Shown: in pieces, positions 39,531-50,100 of the stretch | How the letters are laid out: every line of letters begins with the position of its first letter | Numbering within the stretch: position 1 is the first letter of the stretch | Origin: Deltaproteobacteria bacterium | Lineage (GTDB): Bacteria > Desulfobacterota > Binatia > HRBIN30 > JACQVA1 | Direction of reading: 5' to 3' | Length of the DNA stretch: 64,000 bases | Assembly: GCA_016210005.1 (NCBI GenBank) | Contig: JACQVA010000008.1 | Location: 10,625-74,624, forward strand | Program-made: the position numbers and the translations under genes | Notes under the pieces: model-generated | Databases searched by the model: none | What the model saw: the letters and a program-made list of their open reading frames with translations, nothing else | What the model was told of the DNA's origin: nothing

Positions 39531-40276
39531 TGCCGCTTGCAGCGCCGGCCGAAATCCAGGGCTACTATCGTGACCGCGAGGTGGTGGCGCGCTACCTCGA
39601 ACGTCGCACCGCGCAGCCGCTCAACGGTACGTTGCACGCGGCGCAAGTGCGCTTCCTGCGCCGCCTGATCGCCGAGCGCGCTCCGCAACGTGTGCTCGAG
39701 ATTGCCCCCGGACCGGCTCGTTTGACCGCTGAGCTGCCGCTGCCTGGTCTCGGTCTGGCCCTTGAGTACAGCGAAGGCATGCTGGCGGCTGCTAGTGACC
39801 GGATTACACCCACCTCCCATTGGCGCCTGGCCCGCGCCGACGCATTCCACCTGCCGGTGCGCGACGGCCAGGCCGACTTGGTGTTTACGTTGCGATTCAT
39901 TCGCCGCTTTCAAGCCGCCGACCGGCAGCGGGTGTACGCCGAGATCCATCGTGTGCTCAAACCCGGCGGCAGCTTGGTGTTGGATGCGCAGAACCGGGCG
40001 GTGGCGCTGCCCCATCGGCTCGAACGGGGCTTGGAAAAATATCCGGTGCACGACGAGCTATATGATCGGCCGCAGCTCGAGGCGGAGTTAGTGGCGGCCG
40101 GTTTTCGCGTGCGGCACCTCGAAGGCATGATCCGGCACGCGCGGCTCCAGCGCTCACTCAACCGGTTGCGGCGAGTACGCCTCAGTGCGGTCGCGCGAGC
40201 GTTGATCGCGGTTTTGGAGCACGTACCGAGCGCCAATCCGTCGACCTGGATGGTGTTGTGCGAGAAGACAGGCTGA
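39530..40276 (+). CDS. Class I SAM-dependent methyltransferase.
   Basis: VLEIAPGPARLT motif I and VLKPGGSLVLD. Confidence 0.7.
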   Translation: MPLAAPAEIQGYYRDREVVARYLERRTAQPLNGTLHAAQVRFLRRLIAERAPQRVLEIAPGPARLTAELPLPGLGLALEYSEGMLAAASDRITPTSHWRLARADAFHLPVRDGQADLVFTLRFIRRFQAADRQRVYAEIHRVLKPGGSLVLDAQNRAVALPHRLERGLEKYPVHDELYDRPQLEAELVAAGFRVRHLEGMIRHARLQRSLNRLRRVRLSAVARALIAVLEHVPSANPSTWMVLCEKTG

Positions 40277-40279
40277 GCG

Positions 40280-41629
40280 ATGGCGCGGACGGTCGGTAAG
40301 AACGCCCTCTATACCCTGATTGCCGGACTCGGCTCGTTCGCCATGGGTTTGGGCACAGGCATCATCACCGCGCGCATGCTCGGGCCGCACGACCGCGGCA
40401 TCTTCTCGCTGGTGTCGGTGCTGCCGCATACCGTTGTGGCCTTCGTCAAGCTGGGCATGGCGCAGGGCAGCATTTACGCCATTCGCCGCCAGCGTGCCGA
40501 CCCTGGCGCCGTGGCGGGGCAGCTCCTGCTGGCGGCGTTCGCCATCAGCCTGCCGGTTATGGCCGGCGTGTATGTGTACAAGGCGCAGGCAGCGCGGCTG
40601 CTGCTCGCAGGGGCTAACCCGCTGTACTTCCTGCTGGCACTGCCGCTGATCCCGCTGCTGTTGCTCGAGAGCTATTTCTTCGGCGTACTACAGGCGGTGG
40701 ACCGCTTCGGTATCTTCAATCGCCGCCGTTTGCTGGCGGGGGCCGGCGGCCTGATCGGCATGCTGCTGGCCCTGGTGATCTGGCGCGGCGGCTTGACGGC
40801 GGCCATTCTCGTCTCGGTCGGCATTACCGCGCTACTCGATCTCTGGCTGATCGTCACGGTGGCGCGCGTGTGTGGGATGCATTTCCGCTGGGACGGCAAG
40901 TTGGCGCGCGGGCTGCTGAGCTTCGGCCTGAAGTCCCATCTGCAGACAATCGCCACCCACATGCACTTCCGCGCCGACTTGTACTTGGTTGCGCTGCTGC
41001 TAAACCCCACCGACGTCGCATTCTACTCGATTGCGTCACGACTGGCGGAGGTGATTCTGTTCGTTCCCGAGTCGCTGGGCTTGGTGGTCTACCCGAAGCA
41101 GGCGGGCTCCTCTAAGGCGGTGTTGGAAGACCTCACCGCCGCCTCGTGCCGGCACGTGGCGCTGATGACAGTGCTGGCGGGGCTAGCGCTGGTAGCTGTC
41201 GGGCCTTGGCTGGTGGTGGTGTGGTACGGGCGCGATTACGCCCCGGCGGGTGCGCCTCTGTTCTATGTCGTGCCGGGCGTGATCATGATGTCGCTCTTCT
41301 TCATGTTGTCGCGCAGCTTCACCAGCCAGAATCGGCAAGAGATCAACATCGTCGCTTCGGGCGTGGCGCTGGGGTGCAATGTGCTGTTCAACATCTACCT
41401 CATCCCCCGCATGGGCATCTCCGGAGCTGGCTTGTCGACTGCCCTTTCGTATTCGCTGGCCACGCTGATCCTGGCGCGCGTATACCTCAAGGAGTCGGGG
41501 AAGACAGTTCGTGATCTGCTGGTAATCAAGCGTGATGATCTGGTGCTCTACCGCCAGCTGCTGGCCGAAGTGATCGGCCGCCGTGGCAGCATTCGGCCGG
41601 CAGTGGCGACGCAAGGCGGTGCTCGTTGA
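40280..41629 (+). CDS. Wzx-type oligosaccharide flippase (MOP superfamily polysaccharide biosynthesis protein).
   Basis: 449 aa with about 12 to 14 TM helices and a polysaccharide-biosynthesis-protein-like layout. Confidence 0.75.
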   Translation: MARTVGKNALYTLIAGLGSFAMGLGTGIITARMLGPHDRGIFSLVSVLPHTVVAFVKLGMAQGSIYAIRRQRADPGAVAGQLLLAAFAISLPVMAGVYVYKAQAARLLLAGANPLYFLLALPLIPLLLLESYFFGVLQAVDRFGIFNRRRLLAGAGGLIGMLLALVIWRGGLTAAILVSVGITALLDLWLIVTVARVCGMHFRWDGKLARGLLSFGLKSHLQTIATHMHFRADLYLVALLLNPTDVAFYSIASRLAEVILFVPESLGLVVYPKQAGSSKAVLEDLTAASCRHVALMTVLAGLALVAVGPWLVVVWYGRDYAPAGAPLFYVVPGVIMMSLFFMLSRSFTSQNRQEINIVASGVALGCNVLFNIYLIPRMGISGAGLSTALSYSLATLILARVYLKESGKTVRDLLVIKRDDLVLYRQLLAEVIGRRGSIRPAVATQGGAR

Positions 41630-42747
41630 TGGCCGAGCTTCGGTTCAATTTGGCCGGTGCCGGCGGGTCGCTGCGCAGTCACTACGCGCCCTTCATGGCG
41701 TATGCCGAACAGCATCTGTTGCCGCTGCGGATCGCCGCAGGCGAGGTGGCGCCCGTCATCGACGCGGTGCTGGAGTGGCATGAGAGCCCGCCCCCGCAGG
41801 ACCGCCACACGGCCGAACCGGAATTGGCCGGGCTGGAGCGCCTGGATCGCGATCTCTACGTCGGGCCGGGGCGCGTCTGCTGGTTTCGCATCGATGACTT
41901 CCGGGACTTGCACCTGCGCTTTGATTGGGACGGCCGGCAGCTACACGTCCACGGGCACTACTACTTCTACCTCAGCCGCGACCGGCTGCGCGACCGCACC
42001 AAACGTTGGTGGGCCGGCGCGCGCCTGCGGGCGCAACGGCTGAATCGGTTCACCACCTTGCTCTACTATCTGGCCTACTATCCCGCGTTCTGGTGGTGCG
42101 AAACGCAGATGGGCTTTCACCCGATTCATGCGGCCGGGGCGGTGACCGATGCCGGTGCAGTTGTGCTGGCCGGGCCGAGTGGGGTCGGGAAGTCGACCCT
42201 CGCCCTGGCGCTGGCGGCGCAGCCGGCGCAGCTGTTGTCTGAAACGTTTCTGCTGCATCGTGGCGCAACGCTGCGCCCGGTGCGGGAGCCGCTGCTGCTT
42301 GATGAATGGAGCCGCTCATGGCTGGGCAGTGCCATGAGCGGCCTCGAACCGCTGCGCGCGGGCTTCGTGTTCAGCCGCAACGGCTACCATCGACTGGCGG
42401 GGTTGGCCGAAGAAGGCCGGGCGGCGGCGGTGCTCTTGCCGCGCCGGGCGCCGCGCACCTACGTGCGGGCGATCAGCGCCGAAGAGGCCCATCAGCGCCT
42501 CAGTGCCGCCAACCAGATTGTGAAGGATATGCGGCGCTATTGGGCGTTTGCCGCCGCGCTCGATCCGCTGGCGCCGAGTGGGCTGATGGCGCAGCGCGAG
42601 GCGGAGCTGGCTCGGCTGACCGCCGGAGCCCGCTGCGGCGAATTCGGCCTCGGCCCCGAGCTGAAACTCGGGGATGCGGTGCGCCAGGTGCGCGAGTTCC
42701 TGAGCGCCGAGTCTCTCCCTGTGACGCGGCGAGCGCGGTGCGCATGA
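41626..42747 (+). CDS. HPr-kinase/phosphorylase C-terminal-domain-like P-loop protein (HprK-related kinase).
   Basis: VVLAGPSGVGKSTLALALAAQPAQLLSETFLLHRG aligns with the HprK pattern LtGeSGiGKSelALeLikrGhrLvaDD. Start and stop both overlap neighbouring genes (ATGA). Confidence 0.55.
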   Translation: MMAELRFNLAGAGGSLRSHYAPFMAYAEQHLLPLRIAAGEVAPVIDAVLEWHESPPPQDRHTAEPELAGLERLDRDLYVGPGRVCWFRIDDFRDLHLRFDWDGRQLHVHGHYYFYLSRDRLRDRTKRWWAGARLRAQRLNRFTTLLYYLAYYPAFWWCETQMGFHPIHAAGAVTDAGAVVLAGPSGVGKSTLALALAAQPAQLLSETFLLHRGATLRPVREPLLLDEWSRSWLGSAMSGLEPLRAGFVFSRNGYHRLAGLAEEGRAAAVLLPRRAPRTYVRAISAEEAHQRLSAANQIVKDMRRYWAFAAALDPLAPSGLMAQREAELARLTAGARCGEFGLGPELKLGDAVRQVREFLSAESLPVTRRARCA

Positions 42748-43973
42748 GGCCGTTGCGGGTGATGTTCATCGAAGCGTCCAGCGGGGGGGTGGTTGGGGGT
42801 TCGCTGACCGGACTTTACCACCTGATCCGCGGGCTCGACCGGAGCGCGTTTGCCTGCAGCATGGTGCTGTATGAACCGAAGACGATCGAGGCCGATCTGG
42901 CGGCGCTCGGCGTGCCCGTCTATCACGTGTCGCGCCGGCGAGTCCCGAAGCAGCATGCGCTGTTGGGTGTCCAGAGCTACCAGCGCGCCAAGCGCGTCGG
43001 CGTGATTGCGCGCGGCCTGCGTTGCGGCCGCCAAGCGGTACGACTGGCAGTCGAGGAAGGCCCGGCTGCGCTGGGCTTACGCCGCGTCATTCGCCGTGAG
43101 CGGCCCGACGTGTTGCACTTGGGCAACGGACTGCGTGCCAACTTCGATGCCGTGCTGGCTGCCCGCTTAACCGGTACGCCGGTGGTTTGCCACATCAAGG
43201 GTTTCGAGAAGTACAGCACGCGCGAGCGGTTTGCTGCCGCCAAGATCGACGCCCTGGTATGCATGACCCAGGCGGTACAGGCGCACTGCGCCGCGAACGG
43301 TGTGGTCGCCCGGCGCAACGAGGTGGTTTACGACGCGCTCGACGAGGACGGCTTTTGCCCGGCTCGCAGCCCGGCGCAGGTGCGCGCCGAGCTGCCCGGG
43401 CTGGCGCCGCAAACACCGTGCGCCGGGATCGTCGGCAACATCCAGGAGTGGAAAGGGCAAGCGGTAGTGGTGGAAGCCATGGCGCTGGTGCACCGGCGCG
43501 TTCCGCAAGCCCGCTGTCTCATTGTCGGCGGAGCACATCGTGCGGGTGCCGCCTACGAGCTGGAGCTGCGCCGGCGTGTGCGCGAGGCCGGCTTGGAGAA
43601 CGTGGTTCACTTCACCGGGTTTCGTGCCGATATCGCCGACGTCATCAACGCGCTCGACGTCGTCGTCCATGCCTCGGTGCGCCCGGAGCCGTTCGGCCGA
43701 GTGATTCTCGAAGGCATGCTGCTGCGCAAGCCGGTGGTGGCGGCAGCGGCCGGCGGCGTACCGGAGTTGATCGCCGACGGCGACACCGGCTTCCTGGTGC
43801 CCCCGGGCGATGCGGCGGCGCTGGCCGAGCGGCTGATCACACTGCTGGGCGACCCGGAGCTGCGCCAGCGGATCGGCTCGCGGGCCCAGGCCTGGGCCCG
43901 CGAGCGCTTCAGTCTGGCCCACCACGTCGCCAGCATGACCGGCATCTACCATGAAGTGACTAGGACACACTGA
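42744..43973 (+). CDS. Glycosyltransferase family 4.
   Basis: N-terminus MRPLRVMFIEASSGG; C-terminal EPFGRVILEGMLLRKPVVAAAAGGVPELI. Confidence 0.85.
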   Translation: MRPLRVMFIEASSGGVVGGSLTGLYHLIRGLDRSAFACSMVLYEPKTIEADLAALGVPVYHVSRRRVPKQHALLGVQSYQRAKRVGVIARGLRCGRQAVRLAVEEGPAALGLRRVIRRERPDVLHLGNGLRANFDAVLAARLTGTPVVCHIKGFEKYSTRERFAAAKIDALVCMTQAVQAHCAANGVVARRNEVVYDALDEDGFCPARSPAQVRAELPGLAPQTPCAGIVGNIQEWKGQAVVVEAMALVHRRVPQARCLIVGGAHRAGAAYELELRRRVREAGLENVVHFTGFRADIADVINALDVVVHASVRPEPFGRVILEGMLLRKPVVAAAAGGVPELIADGDTGFLVPPGDAAALAERLITLLGDPELRQRIGSRAQAWARERFSLAHHVASMTGIYHEVTRTH

Positions 43974-43975
43974 TT

Positions 43976-45754
43976 ATGCGAATTCTCGGCATCTCGTGCT
44001 TCTATCATGACGCCGCGGCGGCGTTGCTCGACGACGGCGTCTTGGTGGCGGCGGCGGAGGAAGAGCGCTTCTCGCGCAAGAAGCACGATTACGACTTCCC
44101 GGCATTGGCGATCCGGTTCTGCCTGGCGCAGGCCGGCATCACCACCGCTGACCTCGACTATGTCGTCTTCTACGAGAAGCCGTTCGTCAAGTTCGAGCGC
44201 ATCCTGACCACGGCGCTGCAAGTCGTGCCCAAGTCGTGGAAGGTGTTCGGCGATGCCATGACGACATGGCTGCTCGACAAGCTGTGGGTAAAAAACCTCA
44301 TCAGCAAAGAGCTGGGTGTACCACCGTCGAAGATCCTGTTCAGCGAGCATCACCTGTCGCACGCCGCCAGCACCTTTCTTTGTTCGCCCTTTGATGAAGC
44401 GGCGGTGCTGACGATTGACGGCGTCGGCGAGTGGGCGACTGCCACCATGGGGCGTGGAAAGGGCACCGACTTGCAGTTGCTGCGTGAGATCCGCTTTCCG
44501 CACTCGGTCGGCCTGCTCTACAGCGCGTTCACCGCGTTCTTGGGCTTCGAGGTCAACGAGGGCGAATACAAAGTCATGGGCATGGCGCCTTACGGCAAGC
44601 CGCGCTACCTCGACAAAGTCCACAAGCTCATTCAGCTCGGCCGTGATGGCAGCATCTGGCTCGATATGGATTACTTCTGCTTCCACCACTCCTCGCACCA
44701 GACCTACAAGCCGAAGTTCACCGAGCTGTTTGGCGAACCGCGCGATCCCTCGTGGCACTTCTTCACCGAAAGCTCGGGCTATCCGTCGTACTTCGAGCCC
44801 AAACCGGCCAACTACGGCGAGTTGGCCAAGAAGAACGAGTACTACGCGGACGTGGCCGCCAGTATTCAACAGGTTACCGAAGAGATCGTCCTGGCCATGG
44901 CGCGCCGGCTCCACGAAGAGACCGGACTCGACAAGCTCTGTCTGGCTGGCGGGGTGGCGTTGAACAGTGTGGCGAACGGGCGGGTGCAGCGTGAAACCCC
45001 GTTCAAGCAGCTCTTCATCCAGCCGGCCGCGGGTGACGGAGGCGGGGCGCTGGGCGCGGCGCTCTACGCCTATAATTGCGTCTTGGGCCGGCCCCGTAAG
45101 TTTGTGATGCGCCATGCTTACTGGGGGCAGGAGTTCGGCGCCGGCCCGATCAACGACTTCGTACGTTCCACCGGGGCGCCGGCGCAGACCTTTAATAAGG
45201 AAGAGGACCTCCTCGACCGGGTGGTGGAGGAGTTGCAGGCGGGGCGCGTGGTCGGGTGGTACCAAGGCCGCTTCGAATGGGGGCCGCGGGCGCTCGGCGC
45301 CCGCAGCATCATCGCCGATCCGCGCCGCGCTGACATGAAGGAAGTCGTCAACGTCAAGATCAAGTTCCGCGAGCCGTTCCGCCCGTTTGCGCCGTCGGTG
45401 TTGGCGGACGCCGCCGAGCGCTTTTTCGACTTACCCGATGCGCCGTCGCACTATCCCGCTCGCTTCATGCTGTATGTAGTCGATGTCAAGAACGGCCAGG
45501 GCGACGTCGTCCCTGCGATCACGCACGTGGACGGCACGGCGCGCTTGCAGACCGTGCACCGAGCGGAGAGCCCGCTCTACTACCGCTTGATCGAGCGCTT
45601 CGGCGCCGCGACCGGTGTGCCGGTAATCATGAACACCTCGTTCAACCTGAAAGGCGAGCCAATTGTGACCACCCCAGCCAATGCTTTCAGTACCTTTCAG
45701 CGCAGCGGCATGGATACGCTGGTGCTGGGCAACACCGTGGTCTCGAAAGCGTAG
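43976..45754 (+). CDS. Carbamoyltransferase (NodU/CmcH family).
   Basis: N-terminus MRILGISCFYHDAAAALLDDG...; 592 aa with a carbamoyltransferase C-terminal domain. Confidence 0.85.
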   Translation: MRILGISCFYHDAAAALLDDGVLVAAAEEERFSRKKHDYDFPALAIRFCLAQAGITTADLDYVVFYEKPFVKFERILTTALQVVPKSWKVFGDAMTTWLLDKLWVKNLISKELGVPPSKILFSEHHLSHAASTFLCSPFDEAAVLTIDGVGEWATATMGRGKGTDLQLLREIRFPHSVGLLYSAFTAFLGFEVNEGEYKVMGMAPYGKPRYLDKVHKLIQLGRDGSIWLDMDYFCFHHSSHQTYKPKFTELFGEPRDPSWHFFTESSGYPSYFEPKPANYGELAKKNEYYADVAASIQQVTEEIVLAMARRLHEETGLDKLCLAGGVALNSVANGRVQRETPFKQLFIQPAAGDGGGALGAALYAYNCVLGRPRKFVMRHAYWGQEFGAGPINDFVRSTGAPAQTFNKEEDLLDRVVEELQAGRVVGWYQGRFEWGPRALGARSIIADPRRADMKEVVNVKIKFREPFRPFAPSVLADAAERFFDLPDAPSHYPARFMLYVVDVKNGQGDVVPAITHVDGTARLQTVHRAESPLYYRLIERFGAATGVPVIMNTSFNLKGEPIVTTPANAFSTFQRSGMDTLVLGNTVVSKA

Positions 45755-45763
45755 TGCGCGGCC

Positions 45764-46954
45764 GTGACGCGCGGGCAGGAGGTGAGCGCGTGGGCGCTGT
45801 TGCTGCTGCTGGGGCTGCTTCTGGGCGGCGGCCTGGTCGAAGCCGGCGTCCGCGTCTTGCATCTCGTGCCCGATCGCTTTTGGGAGCCGGATGCGAAGCT
45901 GGGGTGGCGGCACAGCGCTGGCAGGACCGGCTGGTGGACGCAAGAGGACCGGGAGTTCCTGGTCCCGATCAGTATAAGTCGGCAGGGACTGCGCGATGTC
46001 GAGCACGCGTATGCCAAGCCTGCCGGAGTGACGCGAGTGTTGCTGTTGGGAGACTCGTTCATTGAGGCATTGCAAGTGCCACTGGCAGCGACCGTAGCAC
46101 GGCGACTAGAGGCGCATCTCGGGGCAACGACCGAAGTCATCAACGCCGGCGTCAGCGGCTATGGCACCGCCAGTGAGTTGCTGTTTCTACGCGATCAAGG
46201 GTTGCGCTACGCCCCCGACGTCGTGCTGCTGGCCTTCTATCCGGGTAATGACGTGAAGAACAACAGTGCGACGCTCGAAGACATCCTGCCACCGGTTTAT
46301 GACGGCGGCGGCAAGCTGGAACGGGTGACGGCTCCACTCGAAGGGTTCGCGCGCGCGCGCACGGGTTGGCGCGATCACGTACAGGCATATCGCTACACCC
46401 GCCAACTGCTGCTGCGTCACCCGGAGCTGACGGCGCCCTTGCGCCGCCTCGGGGTGGCGGCAAGCCTGGATGCCCCGCGCGCGGCGAGGGAGCGCGACGG
46501 TGTGCCGGTTGACTACTGGGTTTATGCCCCTGAGCCCAGCGCCGAGTGGGAAGACGCTTGGCGGCGCACGGAGTCGTTGCTCGCCGCCGTGCGCGCTACG
46601 GCGATCAGTGCCGGGAGCCGGTTCGCGATCGCGGTCATTCCCAGCCGCTATCAGATCTATCCCGAGCTCTGGGCGGAAACGCTCGCCGCGCATCCGGCGA
46701 TGCAGGGACGGGCGTGGGAGTTGGCCGGTCCAACTCGGCGCTTGCTACGGTGGTGCGAAACGCAGGGCGTGCCCTGCCTCGACTTGGCGGCGGGTTTGGT
46801 GGCGGCGGTGAAGACGAGCGCGCCGTTGTACTTCCACCACGATGGCCATTGGACCGCTGCCGGGCACGAAACGGTAGCGCAACAGCTGAAGAACTTCTTG
46901 CGCGAGCGGCAGCTCGTGTCAGTGCAGGAGGCAGAGACGCATGAGCTTCATTGA
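45764..46954 (+). CDS. SGNH/GDSL-hydrolase-family protein (AlgX/AlgJ-like polysaccharide O-acetyltransferase component).
   Basis: Signal anchor; LLLGDSF (GDS block); DGHWT. An alternative GTG start lies at about 45782. Confidence 0.7.
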   Translation: MTRGQEVSAWALLLLLGLLLGGGLVEAGVRVLHLVPDRFWEPDAKLGWRHSAGRTGWWTQEDREFLVPISISRQGLRDVEHAYAKPAGVTRVLLLGDSFIEALQVPLAATVARRLEAHLGATTEVINAGVSGYGTASELLFLRDQGLRYAPDVVLLAFYPGNDVKNNSATLEDILPPVYDGGGKLERVTAPLEGFARARTGWRDHVQAYRYTRQLLLRHPELTAPLRRLGVAASLDAPRAARERDGVPVDYWVYAPEPSAEWEDAWRRTESLLAAVRATAISAGSRFAIAVIPSRYQIYPELWAETLAAHPAMQGRAWELAGPTRRLLRWCETQGVPCLDLAAGLVAAVKTSAPLYFHHDGHWTAAGHETVAQQLKNFLRERQLVSVQEAETHELH

Positions 46955-47120
46955 AGGACTCCGCAACCGCTTGGGCATCGCCGGCGAGCTGCTGTCATTC
47001 CTTTGGCAGCGCAAGCTGTGGTGGATGATTCCGATGGTCTTCGTGCTGCTAGTGTTCGGCGGCCTCATGGTCACCGCCCAGAGCACGGCGCTGGGGCCGT
47101 TCATCTATACGCTGTTCTAG
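46941..47120 (+). CDS. Small membrane protein, DUF5989-like (59 aa). It is not in the ORF track.
   Basis: MSFIEGLRNRLGIAGELLSFLWQRKLWWMIPMVFVLLVFGGLMVTAQSTALGPFIYTLF. The gene overlaps the upstream gene by 14 nt. Confidence 0.6.
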   Translation: MSFIEGLRNRLGIAGELLSFLWQRKLWWMIPMVFVLLVFGGLMVTAQSTALGPFIYTLF

Positions 47121-47166
47121 TGGGACAATCGGTAAGCCATGTCGGTCTATTTCGCGAAGAAGGACC

Positions 47167-50100
47167 ATGATTGACCGATACGGAAAATCCCTGCTCCTGG
47201 CAGTCGCGCTCTTGGGGCTTAGTGCGCCAATGGTGCAAGCTGCGCCGGTCCTGTTTGTTCGCACGACCGGTGACGACGGGGCGGATGGGTTGTCGCCCGC
47301 TACCGCCCTGCAGAGCATCCGTTCGGCGGTGCAGCGCCTAAGTGAAAGCGGCGGACAGGTGATCGTAGGCCCAGGCACATATGTCGAAGGGGATATCTCG
47401 CCGCGGACACTTGCCGGGCCGGGCTTGCTGCGCCCGGATGCGCTGGAGATTATCGCAGATCGCGATGGGCGGCTGACTAGCGAGCTACCCGGGCCGGTGA
47501 TCGTCGACGCCGGCGTGGCCGGCAAGCCGACAGGGTTCGTGCTGCTCGGCGAATCGAATATCCGCATAGATGGATTCCACGTGCGTGGTGCGTCCGACGC
47601 CGGTATTCAAGTTCGGTTCAATACCGCGGCAGGCACGCCGTCCGCGGATGTCACGATCATAAATTGTGTGGCGTTCGCGAACGAGAAGCGCGGTATCGAT
47701 GTTCGCGATGCCGACCGGGTTACGGTGGCGAACAACCTAACGTACAATAACGGCTCGACCGGCATCTCGGTCGGTGGTGGGATCCGTGGCTCCGCCGACG
47801 CTGTAATCATGCAGAACACCAGCGTTGGCAATGGCATCTACGGGATCTTTGTCGGCGATGGCAATCAAAGCGCCGTCGCCTCGAGTAACGTCATCGTCTT
47901 GTCGAATGTGACAGCGTACAATGGCGTGGCGGGGATCAAAGCGGCCCCGGCTTCGCAGCGCACGTACGGCAGTGCTTTCAATGTGAGCGCCGACGCCTTT
48001 GAGCCGGTGACGTCACAAGACCCGACCGACCTGGCCGCGGATCCCTTGCTGGCGAACCCTGCTGGTGCGCCAGGCGGGCTGGGTGGGGGCGAACTTGCCG
48101 ACGATGATTTCCGCCTGCGAGCGGGAAGCCCTGCGCTCGATTACGGACCCGCTGACGCGACAACCGTCGGAATCACCGGCAGCGCGGCGGTGGACGGCGG
48201 CCCTGACGATGGCACGGTTGACGCCGGCTATCATCAGAGCAACACGGCGACGCAACTGGTGGTGCCGGCGATTCCCTTGGTGCCGATCTTCGTTCGCATC
48301 ACCGGCAGTGATTCAAACGGCGGCGGGACGGCGGACCAAGCGTTGCGCACGATTGGGGCTGCAGCCGCTCGCGCTCGTGCCGGAAACCGCGTTGTCGTTG
48401 GCGCTGGGGAGTACCGCGAAGGTGATATCAGCCTGTTGGATCAGTCGGGAACGAAGCATCGGCCGGTAGAGTTTGTCGCGGACCACGATGGCATCTGGAC
48501 TGGTGATCAGGGTGCGGTGATCATAGATGCCACCGGCTGGCAGACTGCTTTTAACCTTCTTGGAAGCCGCTACGTGAAGATCGACGGTTTTAGCGTTACC
48601 GGCGGGCGCGATTCCGGCATCCAGATCCGCGCGCGCGCAACGGTAGATGGCCTACACGGCGCCGACAACGTTACTGTGATCAATTCGCTGGTATTTTCCA
48701 ACGGCGGTAGCGGAATTCTGGTCAGGGATTCAGCCGAAGCGGCAATATACAATAACCTGGTGTATGCCAATGCCACGGGTGGAGTGGCGATCGGCGGTCT
48801 CGAGGTTGGTTCGCCGCGGGCACGCGTCGCCAACAACACCGTGTATCAGAACGGTGGACACGGGATCCTGATCGGGAGCCGGGGCGATCAAGACAGGCGG
48901 GGATCACCCGGGGCACTGGTCCTGAACAATATCCTGGATCGCAACGGCGGCCGCTCCCTGCTGGTGACGCCGCTGTCGCTTCGGGATTTCAGCGCCACTG
49001 CGAACTTGGATGGGGACATCGTCGGCGCGATCGGCTTCGTCAATCCGGCCGGGGCCGACGGCCAGCTCGGCGGCGCGGGCTTCCTGGATGACGACTTTAG
49101 GTTACAGCAGCGCAGTGCCGGGCAGGAAACGACGAGTGTCGCGGTCGATTATAGTGCCGGCATGGCCGCACCGATGGGGCTGCACTTCGGCTCGACGCGC
49201 ACTGACCTGGTCGGCGACGAAGGGCTTGCCGATGCCGGTTTTCACTATCGCCGTGTCGGGCAACGGCCGGTGTTGGGCACGCTCGCTACCCTGCAAGCGC
49301 GCCTGGCCGGCGTTAACGCAAACCGGCTTCTCTTCGTGGCTGTCGATGGCGACAATGGCGATGGGCGGACGCCGGCCAACGCCTTTTCGACCATTCGGGC
49401 AGCAGCTCGCGTGGCAATGCCCGGCGATACAATCGTGGTAGCGCCGGGCCGGTATGCGGAGGGAGATGTCTCGTTCAACAACAGCGGCACTGTGCTGCAA
49501 CCGATCGCAGTAGTGGCGGATTCCAGCGGAGCACTATCAGGCACTGCCCCGGGGCGTGTAGTGGTCGATGCGACAGGGTACGATACAGGTTTCGTGCTGT
49601 TGCGTCGCAGCTTCATTCAGATTCGCGGATTCTACATCAGCGGGGCACGAGAGGCCGGTATTCAAGTGCGGGCATGCTCGGGGGACGGATCGTTGTGTGC
49701 AACGCGTGCAGGATCCGATCACGTCACCATCGCCGGAAATGTGATTTACTCCAGCCGCCGGGGTATCGACGTCATCGACTCCAGCGACGCGGTGATCTTC
49801 AACAATCTTATATACGCCAACGAGAGCACCGGCGTCACCGTTATCGGCGAGGTGCGCTCTGCCGACGGCACGCAGGTGACGAACAACACGCTCTACCGTA
49901 ACGGTGGCGACGCGCTCTTGCTCGCGGGCACACTGGGAGCACCGAACGCCAGCGTAGTTAATAACTTGATTCAAGGGAGTGGTCTCCTCGGGGTGAAGGC
50001 GAAGCCCGAGGCGCGGCCGACGCTGGTGCTGAGCCATAACATCAATCTCGACGGTGCTAGTGCAGGAACGCCGCCGGACCCGGACGACCGAGGAATGGAC

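Noticed and set aside
42306-42743. N-terminal extension of track ORF 42306..43973.
   Set aside because: It is low-complexity and Arg/Gly-rich and overlaps the HprK-like gene. The GT4 starts at the ATG at 42744 (MRPLRVMFIEASSGG).
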